A stretch of DNA of 63,578 nt, counting the filler, from Cercozoa sp. M6MM (lineage: Eukaryota; Protista; Endomyxa: Ascetosporea): assembly GCA_040357565.1 (NCBI GenBank). It is 13 parts of 13 records of this genome, joined end to end, with 100 filler letters (N's around TTAATTAATTAA, not from the genome) between each part and the next. Parts side by side here need not be neighbours in the genome. Positions count along the whole stretch, not along the records: positions 38,304 to 42,662 come from JBDODJ010001162.1; positions 42,763 to 53,731 come from JBDODJ010000422.1; 11 more parts are not named here. One strand, given 5' to 3'. Below are positions 39,217-52,028 of the stretch, one piece after another. Below the pieces are notes generated by a model. The model made no database searches and had not been told where the DNA came from. It saw only the letters and a list, made by a program, of their open reading frames with translations. The first letter of the stretch is position 1, and every line of letters starts with the position of its first letter. Made by a program: the position numbers and the translations under genes.

Positions 39217-39876
39217 TTATAAGGAGATGCCACCCTCAGCGGGCAAGAACTGGAAGGTGCCACATGTGTCCTCACTGCACGGAGCGTGCATGCCGATCCG
39301 GCGTTGCGCAGGCAGTCCTGCTGCCTGCAATAATTCCGGTACAGTGTCACGAATCACACTGGATTACAGTACTGTCGAATACTTGAACGGTGTACCCAAG
39401 CGCGTGGCATTTTCAGTTTGGATGTTCCAAGCCTCACTACGAAAAACGAAAAACGGTTTCCTGCAAGCTACAGCAGGCAGCAGAAGCACACTACCAACTC
39501 GGTGCCCATGGTCATTGATGCGATCGGATAGAACAGACACATTGAACGAGTGCACGGGCAGCACTTCGAAATACGACGCCAGGAAATACACGTCGCAGAA
39601 GTCAAAGCTGCCAATGAGGTCGAATCGTCCGCGCGGGCAGGTCATGCCGCTGGTGATCTTGTCGGACATGCAGAAGTGCGTGTAGTGCTTCTCAGGTGCT
39701 TGACCACACACTAAGGCATGACCAAACATGCGCGACGACTCCAAAACGATGCCAAACCAGCGATCGCTAGGCCCAAGGAGAGTTAAGACGCCAACGTCTT
39801 TATCGATATCAAACTCAACGGTGCCCCCGACAGCGAGAGCGAAAAAAGCAAACAACAACCCGAGATACGCGAGCAT
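39217..39876 (-). CDS. Secreted protein with DOMON-like beta region
   Basis: Signal peptide MLAYLGLLFAFFALAVGG. LTLLGPSDRWFGIVLESSRMFGHALV resembles the DOMON GPxxxWFGxGF...M motif. Confidence 0.55.
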
Positions 39877-40163
39877 TTCTGCCCACGCAGAATCTAACGC
39901 TGCGTGCTGGGCAGATCGTGCAGTTTAAGCACTCTTCGATCGTTGTAGAATTTTACTGTATTTGTACATTTGATCGTAGTACAGTACTGTAGCATTTCAC
40001 TGTATTGATGTTGTTGGCCTCATAAATCAATACAATTCAGATTGTTGTTACAGCATGAACTACGAGAGGGCTGCGGTAACACTGTATGACTTAACACTAG
40101 GTATTGCCCGGGTTGTGTTCAGTTGTATCGCTACGATTGTACCCGGAGCTGTGGCAATTCAAA

Positions 40164-41153
40164 CTAGTCAGACGGCCGATAGTTTGGTCGCGTCGGAGCC
40201 TCACGGGACAGGTAGACTTGTCGGAAGGCAGCCACAGTGTCGGGGGTGAAAGGAGCGCGCAGGATGGGATGCAGTGTCACGTGTCGCAGCCGCTTCGCTC
40301 GCAGCTCATCCCTGCCATCCTGGATACAACCACCGTCATCATCCGAGTGGCCGATCATGTCGCACACGGTGTCGATCGGCAGCCACACCACCAGGTCGAC
40401 CTCGGTGTCCTGCAGTCGCAGCGGAGTGCAGCGAGGCACGCGCACCTCGAACAGTCGGCCAAAACACAAGCAGTCCTCGGTCTGCCAGCGCAGGGTGCCT
40501 TTCTCAGTGAGCGGGACACCCGAGATGCCGAGTTCTTCCTACGAACACTTGCGCGCTGGTCTGCCAAGCCATAGCAGGGTTACGGCAGAAAGGCCATACC
40601 TCCAGCTCCCTGTGCGCACTTAGCATGACGTCAGTCTCTCCCGCTGCATGCGTTCTAGCTTGTTATTCTCAGTTATGACAGGCCTGAAAGGAGAGCACCA
40701 GAAACAACTCCGCCGGCTGCCAGGTCGAGTTGTCCTGGACAGAAGTCCTTGATGGCACTGCGCTGCTGCACCAGGATGTGCGTGTTGCTAGCACAGGCAT
40801 ACTCAATAAATTATTGAGGAACACTCAGCAGTAGTCACCCATGTGTGTTTTGCAAGGTACTCTGAATCGATAACAAAGATGTAGGTGGCCATGTGCGGCA
40901 GTCCCTCGCGTCGCATCTTGGCCCTTTGCACCTCTGAGGCTTGACATTTTACGATATGCCGGATATGGACACAGATCTGCCACATGCTGCAGATTTCTTA
41001 CCGCCCACAATTTTGCCCTCGGTGTCACACAGTGCCACCACTGCATTAAGCAAACCTTTTTAGAAAGGGGAAGTTGGTCAAGGGATGAACGGCACTCTCG
41101 TTGTGAGCTGCCAAAATGGCAGCTTCCTTCCGATCGGCGGTGAGTTCAGACAT
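40164..41153 (-). CDS. YfcD-type Nudix hydrolase
   Basis: Spliced: NE|xVALCDTEGKIVG|EVQRAKMRREGLPHMATYIFVIDS|NTHILVQQRSAIKDFCPGQLDLAAGGVVS|AGETDVMLSAHRELE|EELGISGVPL...LQDTEV...W...FTPDTVAAF. Confidence 0.88.
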
Positions 41154-41323
41154 TCCTTGAACAGCTATTTTCCACTTTAATGCTGCCCAGCACACCTAGG
41201 ACGCCACTTATGTCCCCGATACTGCAACCACCACTTTGCCCGGGCTCGATCTCGTAGCCAAAGAAAAACAAGAAGCGTCGCACGAAACATCCTATCTAGT
41301 AGCGTGAGCGTGTGTTACGACCA

Positions 41324-42662
41324 ATGCCGCGACAGCAGACGGCAGCAGAACCGTCAACGCGTCTGTTTGTGCAGGTATTCAAAAATGTTCTGTCAGATCA
41401 TTTTCGTATTTGGTTTTGTGAAACAACAGAACTTGCCCAAACACGCTGATGAGCGACAACTGCGAGAACACTTTTCCCAGCTGGGTACGCTTTGTATTTA
41501 TTGAGGAGGGAGGGATGTTATGTCTGCGTTGGGCTTGTGCAGGCGAAGTAACAGACGCTCGCGTGGTTCGAAAAAATGGCGTTTCGCGCCGTTTTGGCTT
41601 TATCGGCTACCCGAGCATTGTACGTTAAGTTTGCGTGTGTATGTGTGTTTTTGTAGCCACTAGGGGGTTTCATGTGCAGGAGGCGGCCACGAAAGCGCGA
41701 AAGCATTTCAACAACACTTTCATGGACACGTCCAAGGTGCGCACCATCGACATACATGGGGAAGGGGTAGCATGGTTTGTCTATTTCCTCAGCTGCGGGT
41801 GAGCTTTGCGCTGCCCAAGAGCGACGCGCGACTGGAACGGCCGTGGTCCAAGTACTCGAAAGGCAGCTCGGCACATATGGTAGCGTCTGTACTGACAGAC
41901 TTGATGGGATGACTGATGGGGATGACTCGTTATGTAGAAACTGAACCCGGAGGACTACAAGGCGCCTGCCAAGGAGGCGGCGAAGCAGAAGAAGGGAAAG
42001 GAGGGACGTACGCACGGCGAGAAAACCCAGGAGAAGATCGCTAGCGACGAGAAGCTGCGCGAGTTCATCCAGGTGATGAAGCCCGGCTCGGCCGTGGCCA
42101 CCTGGGACAACGACGACATCGCGCTCCAGCAGCAGCAGAACACTGACGGTGCCACCGACGGTGCTACTCATACCAACAGTGACGATGACCACATTGACGA
42201 TGACCACACTAACGGTGATCGCATTGACCACAGCAGTGACCAGGATCAGCAGCAGGGGGACACGTGGCAGGCGCAGCGCGAGCGACACATGACGGACCTC
42301 GAGTTCCTCCAAAGTCGCGTAGTTTGCCCTCTTTACCCTTGCACCTATACCCCCTTTTTTCTTACCCTTTACCCCTTTCCTTTTACCCTTGCCCCTTTGC
42401 CTCATTACCTTTTTCCCCCAATTACCCCCTTACCCCCCGCAGAACAAGAAGAACGGGGACGACCTCTTCTCGGATAGCGAGGATGAGGCTGACGACGACG
42501 ACAGCAAGAAAAACGACGAGGAACAGGAGTGGTCGATTGTGACCAGCCCTGGCGTCCGCGAGGACCAGGCGAAAACCAAAAAGGACGACAAAGTCGTCAC
42601 GGGACGCCGACTGTTCGTTCGCAACCTGTGGTGTGTTTACCCTACCCCAACCCCAACCCCTA
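41324..42662 (+). CDS. RBM19: Multiple RRM protein RBM19/MRD1, 3'-truncated
   Basis: TRLFVQ|NLPK...LREHFSQL|GEVTDA...SRRFGFIGY...HFNNTFMDTSK|LRVSFA...RPWSKYSKGSS, KLREFIQVM...WDNDD, TDLEFL, RLFVRNL. Confidence 0.95.
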
Positions 42663-42793
42663 NNNNNNNNNNNNNNNNNNNNNNNNNNNNNNNNNNNNNN
42701 NNNNNNTTAATTAATTAANNNNNNNNNNNNNNNNNNNNNNNNNNNNNNNNNNNNNNNNNNNNCTACCCCTTCATCCCCCCCCCCTGTGGGTAG

Positions 42794-43051
42794 AGTGCTG
42801 CGACACCAGCGACTGCCCTACGTGTTCCGGCGGCACGAGCGACTGCAGCAGTTCCTGGCGGTATCGCTGCCTTAATAAGTCCATGTGGGGGACTGTGGGG
42901 ACTGTCCATGTGGGAGCAGTCTATTTGGACATGTGTACAAACAGGACGAGATCGCCGAGACGCGCAAGTTGACGGTGGACGAGTTGGACGCAATGTCGCG
43001 ACGCATCGAGACGCGCGACATGCACGTCGAGGCCGGCCTCGTCCACGGTTA
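42794..43051 (+). CDS. C-terminal end of a RasGEF(CDC25)-like protein
   Basis: VLRHQRLPYVFRRHERLQQFLA|DEIAETRKLTVDELDAMSRRIETR resembles the QxxPYxF...IQxFL...DELYxLSLxIEPR end of RasGEF domains. Confidence 0.5.
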
Positions 43052-43597
43052 AGAGTCGCGTCTCGTCCGCGCGTATTGGGTCTACCTTTATGTTTCACGT
43101 CAGACGATACGTTTTAAGTGAAAAGAACAAACGAAAGTAAAAGGAGCAAACTCGTCAATTAGACGAAGCGAGGGATCAAATAATTCAGTTTTTCGAAGAA
43201 CCGAAGTGAAGAACTTCGCCAACTGCCGGACTCGACCGGGTTCTTGCCCCTGTAAACTGCCCATAGTACTTTGGTCAAGTTTTTCAGCTGTTTGGCCGAT
43301 ATCGCCTACAGTCAAATGGGCTAGGTCGAGTAGTCGGATCGGTTTGACGCGAGCTCGAATCCTGGTGGAGAGCCCTTTATTCTTGGGGTAGAACCATCGG
43401 GACGGAATCGGAGGAACCACCGTCACGGAGAAACCGTGTAGAAAACCCTTTCTTTCTACAGGGCGAATAGTTACTTGTAGAGGTGGATAAGAGGACAGAC
43501 TGTAATAGCCATGATGGGCAGCTATAGATCAAGATTCAGAAACCACTGTCCTGTGACAGCGCAACGCAACGTTCAACTCTATTGCCGGTGATGCACT

Positions 43598-46290
43598 TCA
43601 GTTGCAATTGCGCCGGTCGGGGCTCTCGTGTTCGATTTGAAGACGGAGCGATTCGTAGGGTTCACTGCCGACATGCACAACACGGAAATTTCCAGAGACG
43701 CCGTCAACAGGAAACGGGAGGAGCTGAAGGTCGAACTGTGCCGGCAGTTGGTCCACTGACACTTCCAGTGGCTGCATGTCGATCTGCATCTGTTGTAGTA
43801 TCTGCTGCAGGCAGCACAGAGCGTGCGAGACGAGTTCACACAGGAAGCGACTGCCCATGAGTTCACTCGCAGTGGCCGCAAACAGACCGTTGTCCCGACT
43901 GTCGCCCTGATCAGTGGCAGTGTTAAATCAAGACACATCTTCCAACAAAGCAAAACCCCAGTGCAGTGGCACCACGAAAGCATAGACGAGATCGACGATT
44001 TCGACGGGAATGCTGCCTTCGCCGTACACGTCATCGCACACATGCAGCAGCAGCGCGCGCGAACGTTGCGTGACACGCGTCAGGACAGACTGCGCCAGTT
44101 GCAGCAGCATGTCGAGCAGTAGGGCACGCTCGGCCCCTGCTTTCGTCGTTGGCGGTCGCTTCTGTTGGACTTCGGTGAGACCTACATGTACAACATAGTC
44201 GTAAACAAATAATGTGCGACGCAAGAAATCTACAGTACCAGAGAGCAAGAGCAACCACAGCAGATAATGCACCTGCTTGACTGCTACAGGAGGTACCAGT
44301 ACACGCTGATTCGGAACACGCTCGTGCAACAGGCAACGCTGGAGTAGACACGAGGCTACTCCAAATGCACGCTGCCACACTCTTTGAGTCTTTTCGGGCG
44401 GCATGACTCGCCACACAGTGTCGATAATCTCGGCCAGCGCATGGAGCGAGCGACGCAGCTGAGTCGAGTAGCAGAACTTACTGGCTTCTTCAACAAAGTC
44501 GAGTGTCCAAAAGTGCACAGGTGACAGTTCCACCTGACCTATTCATCGGTACAGTAAGCTCACCAAAAGTAGAACAAAACTAAACTGGACCAAGGTCAGT
44601 GTACACAGAGTGTGCAGCACTCGCAGTGCGACATCGACGTCGCTCGGCGAGGAGTTGGCGCATTGGGCGACAAAGGTTGCCGACAACTCGGCCACTTCGG
44701 CCAGCGAGGCTTGCAGTCTGTCCTTACCCTCTTCTGCAACAGTACATTACTTGTACTGTACAGTACATGGGACAGTGCACAGAAAAGTACAGTACCCAGC
44801 AAAGGCAGCAAGTGTGCCCAGTCCGAAAGTGGCTGCGACACCACCTCTCTCAGCAAAAATCGAATGTCAGTGGGCCCAGTGTGCCTCCTCAGTACTGCAA
44901 CCAACCGTGTCTGCCAATCCAATTGGGCCCATCAGTTGGTTACTGTACCATCAACAAGCGATCCACCCAGCGACAGGTGGCGTGCACACACGTTGCAAAT
45001 ACTCGAGCCAAAGTCAAAGCACTGCGACACCTCGTGTGTCGCCAACCGACCTGTCCATCCAGGCACACAAACAGACATACAGTACAGTCGGACAAAGTTC
45101 CAGTGACAGAGAACTCACGTGCCAAGACAGCGATGTTGCGAGAGCAGAGTTCATTCGTGTGTGTTGTGGTACTCTGCAGCATGTGTGAGTAGTCGACGCG
45201 ATCGCTGGCGATGACCAAGATTGCTTGCATGTCGTCCAGTAAGTCTACATTTCGCCATGAACACATGACCACCAAAATACATGACAATCATGCACGAGAA
45301 ACATCAACTACCCCAGTAGTCAGGTGTCTCCATACTCAGCGAGGGTTTCACAAGTACGCACGGCAGCCATGCTTTTAGAGCCACGGTGCAGCCAGTCCGT
45401 CGAATCATTTCGATCGCACACTTGACGCGGTGTCTCACGAATGTGGCCACTTTGTTCTACATTTACAATTACAGCTACAGGGCACTGTCTGTTGCTTGCT
45501 CGATCTGCGCACACTAATTTTACCGGACAAGGCGACGTCTCAATGAACTGCCAGAAGTTGTCCGATTGCTATACACACACACACACACATATATATAACT
45601 TATATACATATATATAACGTCTGTGGGGATTTGAAGAATACCAGTCTGGGCGACAATGTCGGCGCCAACTGAAACTTTAAGTTCGAGTCCACTAGCACCT
45701 GTTTCAAGTGGTCCACATAGCTTGGCTCGCAGGCATCTAAAAAACACGTTTATTCTTCGCGAGGCTTTCCTTTAAAAAAAAACAAAACCAGTCAACGGGT
45801 CGTATAGTTTCGCCTCACACCACAGCAGGTACACCACTGCATTTGCAATGGCAGTCTGCAACTGAGTACCTGCCAGTTTCGCAAGTGCATGCAAAGCATA
45901 GCCCTGTCCATAGATAGTGTGAATCAACTGAAGAATAATGAATTCAATTTACAACGATGTCGTCTGAGCGCTCGATCGAAGTTTGGACTTGCAGCATGTA
46001 CTCCGGCCGAGCCTCGACTACAGCACAATACCCCGATACAGATGGCCTTCTAGTAAGGGTTGAAGTCGATCTACCGAATGCCTGCCTCAGCATCGAGACG
46101 CAAGCCTCTCCGTACACTTTTTGCTTTTCCTTGCACCCGGACATAATACGACGAAATACACTGCAATAGCCCAGTACGACAAGCTTTCTAATCTTAAAAA
46201 AGCGACCAGAAACACTCAAAACGGCACAAAAGCATCATTGGCAACTCGGCACCTGTGTTCTACAAATCGATTTTTGTCAGGCGGTGCAAT
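43598..46290 (-). CDS. Large multi-exon hypothetical protein, largely helical
   Basis: Long open exons (e.g. 43928-44533, 44596-44734, 45944-46150) separated by GT-AG introns. No family recognised and start approximate. Confidence 0.55.
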
Positions 46291-46624
46291 GGGATTTGAG
46301 TCGCGCACATCCCACATCTAAATGCGCCCCTTTGCTCGCCCCTGGCTTTGGGCGTTTTCGAGTTGGCGTGTACAGAGTGTCGGGCAGTAACACTCTCGCC
46401 CACGTCGGAGACCGAGCGGTAGCCAGAGCACACCAGTTCACCCGAGTCCCTCCGTCAGGGCTTCGAGTTCTTCGACACACTGAGCTAATTTAATGTATTA
46501 CGCTTCTACTTCCGTTCATGGCTTCACTTCCAGTTAACGGAACAATTAAAGTGGAGCAGAATTCGACGCGAAGGTGCAACGATTTTCGCGTGGTAGTGGG
46601 TGTTGAGTAATTCCGCTTGCGTTT

Positions 46625-49600
46625 TCAAGAGGTCTGCAAGGCGGAAACGAGCCACTCATTAACGATGTCTCGCCACAAGCTGCGCCACCGAATATTGCGT
46701 TCGATGCTTTCTCGCGCTCTGCATATTTCGAATTCATGCGGTACACAGGCTGCAACTGTGTGCATAGACTCCACAGAGATAAATATTAAAGCACCTGTCC
46801 TTGGCGGTAGCACCGGCACCGAGACCCTTGTCGGAGAAGAAGGCGTCGAATTCGTCGAGCAGTTGCGGCGTGTGGAACCACGAGGTCGTTCGTTCAATCA
46901 GACGAGCCTGCCAACGTAAAGTTACACAGTAATTTAGTAAGGGTGTGCACTTGGCACAGACACTTAATCTCGTACCATTGTGAAGGACTGGTGGCAGAAA
47001 CGTTCGCATAGCGTGGTCCAGTGGCGTCGCAGGAAGTCAAAGGCCTGGTATCGGTGTGCGCGATTGTAGGTCGCAAGCAGTTCGAAGAAGGTGCTCCTGT
47101 CTTGGTCGCGCACTCGATCGGTGAGTGCCCAGTTCAGCAAGGTCTCCACGTGCTCGCTGTCACTCACCAGAGCAAGAGCATGTGCGATGCGACGCTGCTC
47201 GGAGGCAGTGGCCGCCGGGTAGTCGCGCAGCAGCGTGGCGAAAGCGTCGGAACGAAGCGTGGCATTCTGCTGCTGCGTGGCGCACAAGAGCACGAGTCCG
47301 CGCTGTTCCGCGTCCAACGTGTCGCGTTGCTTCAGTCGCTGTGCGCCGTTTTCGATTACCTCCGGCACGCTTACTGTCACGTAGACCAAGGGTACACATT
47401 CTAATGGTGGGAGAGACAAGGGATACATGCTTACATACACAAGATTAGAGTGCGCACGAGTGCGTATCGATACAGTCGTTCCTCATGTCTGTCGCGACCC
47501 GTGTTGATGAAAGTCCTGCCCGAGAATGTAACTTTATGAGTACTCAATAAAGACAATAGTAGAGGAAGGGTACGCAATGTCCACCGAGTCGTACTCACTT
47601 GGCAGATCGCTTGGTATCAGGGAAGCGAACAAGTCGGCCTCTGTGCGCAGTGCGTAGTCACTCTCGTAGAGTCGCGCAGTAAAGTACTCGTGGATCAGCG
47701 AGGGTTGTAGCGGGTCCTACAGTCACACCACAGTACAAACTCAACTTGAAGTCAGGATTTACTGTAAATTTATATTCTTGCGACATCAAACAAAGTCGTG
47801 GTAAATTTAATGTACCAACAGAAGCGACAGATCTCGCAAAGCACTCGAAAGCGTCTCAAACACAGCGTAATCACGCGGTTTGTACGCCATACTACGACTT
47901 GCCAGCATCGCGAACGCCACTTCACTCACCTCCAGGGCCAGACTAGAGAGATATCGGAGTGAACATATTTTTACAAAGACTGTCAAAAGCTCAGATTGGT
48001 TTTGTTCAGATTAATCTTACGTTGGCGAGTAGCCAAAGTCTGGCATTGCCGACATACCAATGCTACAATAAGCAAAGTGACTCAAGCAAAGCGAAACAAA
48101 GCGAAACGAGGCGAAATTCACGCGAAAAAATCGTCTAAAACAAAGGTTTGCTGCTGCGACGAAAAGCCGGCAAAATTCTTCAGCAGCTGTTGTCGCAGAT
48201 TTGCATCGAACGTGGCCTATTTTGCATTTTCCCTCAAACAATTATAACATGTAAACACACAAAGATTAAAGCACCCGAAAAGCGCCCGACTCGAGTACAA
48301 GCGAGTCGCCTCCATTAGTGCTGTTGAAGAGCACAGAGTCACCGGGCGTGTCACTCAGTTGCAGAACTGACACTGGCGCCTTTGGCACCAGTCGCTGGCT
48401 TCCGCGAGGATACTGAACCGGTACAGTCCACTGCGTGTCATCTTGTTTGCTGTAATACAAAGTAAGAAAAAGCAACGTAGCATACGCAACCTGCAGCTGT
48501 ACCTGGACTGTGCGTCATAAATACGATGCTGCACAACGCTGACACGGTTGTCCGACTCGTCATAAAGGGTGCCAAAATGCAGAACAGGACAGCCGGCTTG
48601 CTGCACAAAGTCGAACAGAACTGGAGACGTCACAGCATGCTCAAAATCTGTTCGGAAATCGTAAGGCCCGGCAGGGGTCAGTTTCAGCAGGGTCCTGAGG
48701 AATTTGGGTTTTGTAAGCTTTACCAGTTGAGTTGACATTCCCGAACTGATGCCGTTTCAAGTAGACACGCAGCGCTCCGAGAAAAGAAGCACGCGACGTG
48801 GATTTTTGCGTCATCAGCAACACGAGAGCGCCTTTGTCGTAAGAGACACTGTCGAACAGTGACGAGGCTTGAGCGGCTGACTTGATCTCCTGTCAAACAG
48901 ACCCAGGAAAACAACTGAAGAATCCCAGGACCTCGAAACTCCAGTTAAGTCCCCAAACGTACTGAAACTGGGCTTGAAAGAGCGTGCGTGGCACTTTTGG
49001 CGTCCAGGTACAGTGCTTGGCGCTTCTCGAGACTGAAAACACCTTGACAAAATAGGATGTCAGTTCGATCGTTAAAGGAGCGGTACACAAAGTGGTCGAA
49101 CAGTCGCCAACCGTCGGAAAGCGGGTATTGTGCATCCAGGGACTCTTTCGTGGCACTCTGCAACTGCTCGCGCGTCATTGCAAGCGACTGCAGTGCTGTG
49201 AGCAATTATTATCGAAACAAAGAAAAGTAAAAATTCAGTTGGAAGTTTTTTCTTTCAGTTTGAGTGTTCGGTACCATCGAGTTCAAAGAAGGACGCAAAG
49301 CCCTCGTTGAGAAAGAGGTCGTTCCACCATTGCAGTGTCACCAAATTGCCGAACCACTGGTGTGCCAACTCATGAGCCACCACGACAGCGACTCTCTGCA
49401 CAGGGAAGAAATGCTCCAATCAATCAGCCTCCGGCTCGCTGGCACGATCAAGAGAAACGCAAGATGAAACCTGCTGTTCAGCAGCAGTGCCGTCAAGTGC
49501 GTCAAACAACAGTGCCGTGTCTCGAAAGGTCACTGCGCACGCAAGTGTTAACATAGCTGTGTGCTTATACTTTGCCTCAGTAGTATTCTGTTGTTTAGTT

Positions 49601-51641
49601 GAAGAATAAAGATTGAGGATGTGCTGTACCAAGCCCCCAGTTCTCCATGGCGCCGGCGTCAAAGTCCGGCACCGCTACCAAGTCGAGTTTGTGCAACTGC
49701 GCCAGTGCGTCCACGTCGAGCAGCGTCGTTAGGTAGCGTACGCAGCGCCAAGCCACCTCAAGTGCCCACTTGGCTGACAAGAGGGGGGGGGGGGGGGGTA
49801 AAGGAGGAAAGAGGGTGAAGAAGAGGGCAAAGGGAGTACCCTGATCCACACGATCAGCAGGCGCGAAGACGCGCACTTTGTGCTCGTGCTGAGTGCTCTC
49901 GATGTAGTCGAAATTCGAGATAACCAGTGCCACCAGGTAGGTCGACATCTATGTACAGTTGGACAGGTACAGGTACAGGGACACAGGTAAAAATGTGTAC
50001 CGGCGGAGTACGACGGTAGTGCCAGGTCTGCCAACCTGGTCGATCGGCAGTGTCCTCCAGCACATGCACCTGCGCGTTCGACAGAGCGACCACCTGGGGA
50101 GGGGAAGGGTAAAGAGAGTATCAAAGGTAGGAGGATAAAACACGAACCTCACGCAGCGACTGATCGAACTCGTCAGCAGCGTCCTGCGCCTCGTCACGTG
50201 CCGGCCACGTTGTGGCTACAACACGTGGTACAATGGACCGATCCAGCCTGGATTGGACTGTCAGTACGACTTTGTACCAAAACGCAGCGTTTCTCCAGCC
50301 TCCTTGATGGCGAGTTGAGTCGCTGTCACGTTGCGTCCCACATGCTCCGGAACACTCAACTGCAGCGCCGGCATGCGTTTCCTGTTAAGTACACATCCGC
50401 CAGGAGACAGGAGAAATACCAAAAAATACCTCACAGTATCCAAATAAGATTAACTATACTGTGTGGTCACATGGATGTCAAACGTTGCTTTAAACGACGG
50501 TTCGTCAAAACATACGAAAGCGCGCCGCGCATCCGCGCTGATGTCACAAGCAAATTTCAATTTTGTTTGTATTTTCTGTCATCCGCGCGGAAGTGGAAAA
50601 CAGGTACGCTTCGAACTGAGTGGTGGCAATCACGTGCTCATGTCCTCCAAGCGTGTAGCTAGCTCGATACAGTCCGCTGAGCGAGTCACTCAATGGAGCA
50701 CGCGCTTCGAGTTGCAACAAGTGCTCGCCTGGCTCGAGTGCTTGCGACGGTTTTAAATCGCACGCGTGTACCGGAGCAGTGTAGCACGTGACCTGCACGC
50801 GTGAGTCACCGTCGATTTCGACCCGTGTGAACTGGAGATCACGACTGTGCACGCGAAGCGTTTCTCGCTGCTGGGACGTCGCGAATCGCAACTCTTGGTG
50901 CAGCTCGAAGTGAAGCGTACGCAAGTCAACCAGAAAGTGCAGGTCGTAGTGTTGCGCGCTCACCGAAGTCTCCAGTCGCTCCAACTCGATCGACTTTCCC
51001 TCTAGCAGTCGGTCCTATCGCACAAATTCAACTTAAGAAACTCAACTCAACAAATACTGCAAGAAGCTTTCCCACGAAGGGAAACTCGAAATTTTGAGTC
51101 GAAACAGCTTTGCAACGCGATATTTTGAAATTTCAAAATACAACTCAAACTACGCTGAAAGAATGCGCTACAAAGCAAGTGACCCCACAATGTGTGAGTT
51201 TGCACGCTTTGTGTCGAATTCGAAACGAAAATTTAAGAATTTCGAGTCGAAAAATGTCAGTGAATTTAAATATACTTCGGGTCGAAGTGGGTTCCAGATG
51301 AGGCGGCCCTTGGCGTCGACGGCACCGAGGTCGTTGTGCCAGTTGATCGAGAGACTTAGGACGACAAAGACCACCACCAGTGCGAGCACTCCACCGACGA
51401 TGCCGAGGATCGCTCGCTTGCTCCACGCGGTTGCACTGGTGCCACTTGAGACCCGATAGACTCGTCTAGACACATGTCAAAGATTAAGTGTTTAAATTAA
51501 TGCTGGACCCGTGAAACCCCAGCAATTAACAACTCACTCTTCCTCGAGCGAATCCTCGGTGAACTCGGGCGCCAGTCGCTGCATCGGCGCCTCGCCGCCG
51601 GTCATTTCGATTCCTCGCTCAGTACCATCGTCTTCTGGCAT
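46625..51641 (-). CDS. M1 family zinc aminopeptidase (aminopeptidase N/ERAP-like, type II membrane)
   Basis: [22 protein letters not shown]; IATTQFEA|[19 protein letters not shown]; MSTYLVA; [12 protein letters not shown]; [32 protein letters not shown]; SYDKG; ERAP1-like C-terminus. Confidence 0.96.
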
Positions 51642-52028
51642 TCCTGTATTTGTCGTTATGAACGCCTACAAGCTACACCCACCGTGCGCACGGGCGTGCT
51701 TGTAGCTATTTGAATCCGTGAAACCTGTCAGAGCTCTACAATCGCACTGTTCTTGCGAAAAAGGAGCCGGTTTGAGCGCTGGTGGCCACTGGCCAGTGAC
51801 CACTCTTGACTCGCAATTAATCAGTCATACAAGCATTGAGAGACTGAGCATCGGTTTCGTTAGCGTTCCTTTTTGCAGGGGCACAGGCGCGGCCGTCATT
51901 TATTTGAGAGAAAAACAAATTAAAATGAATAAAATAAAATCGGGTCAGGCCGCTGTGGTGGCGGGCGTCTTGAACAATCTGGGTCAGTTGCTTGGAGCCA
52001 CTGGAGCTTAGGACAGTACTCGTTCAAG

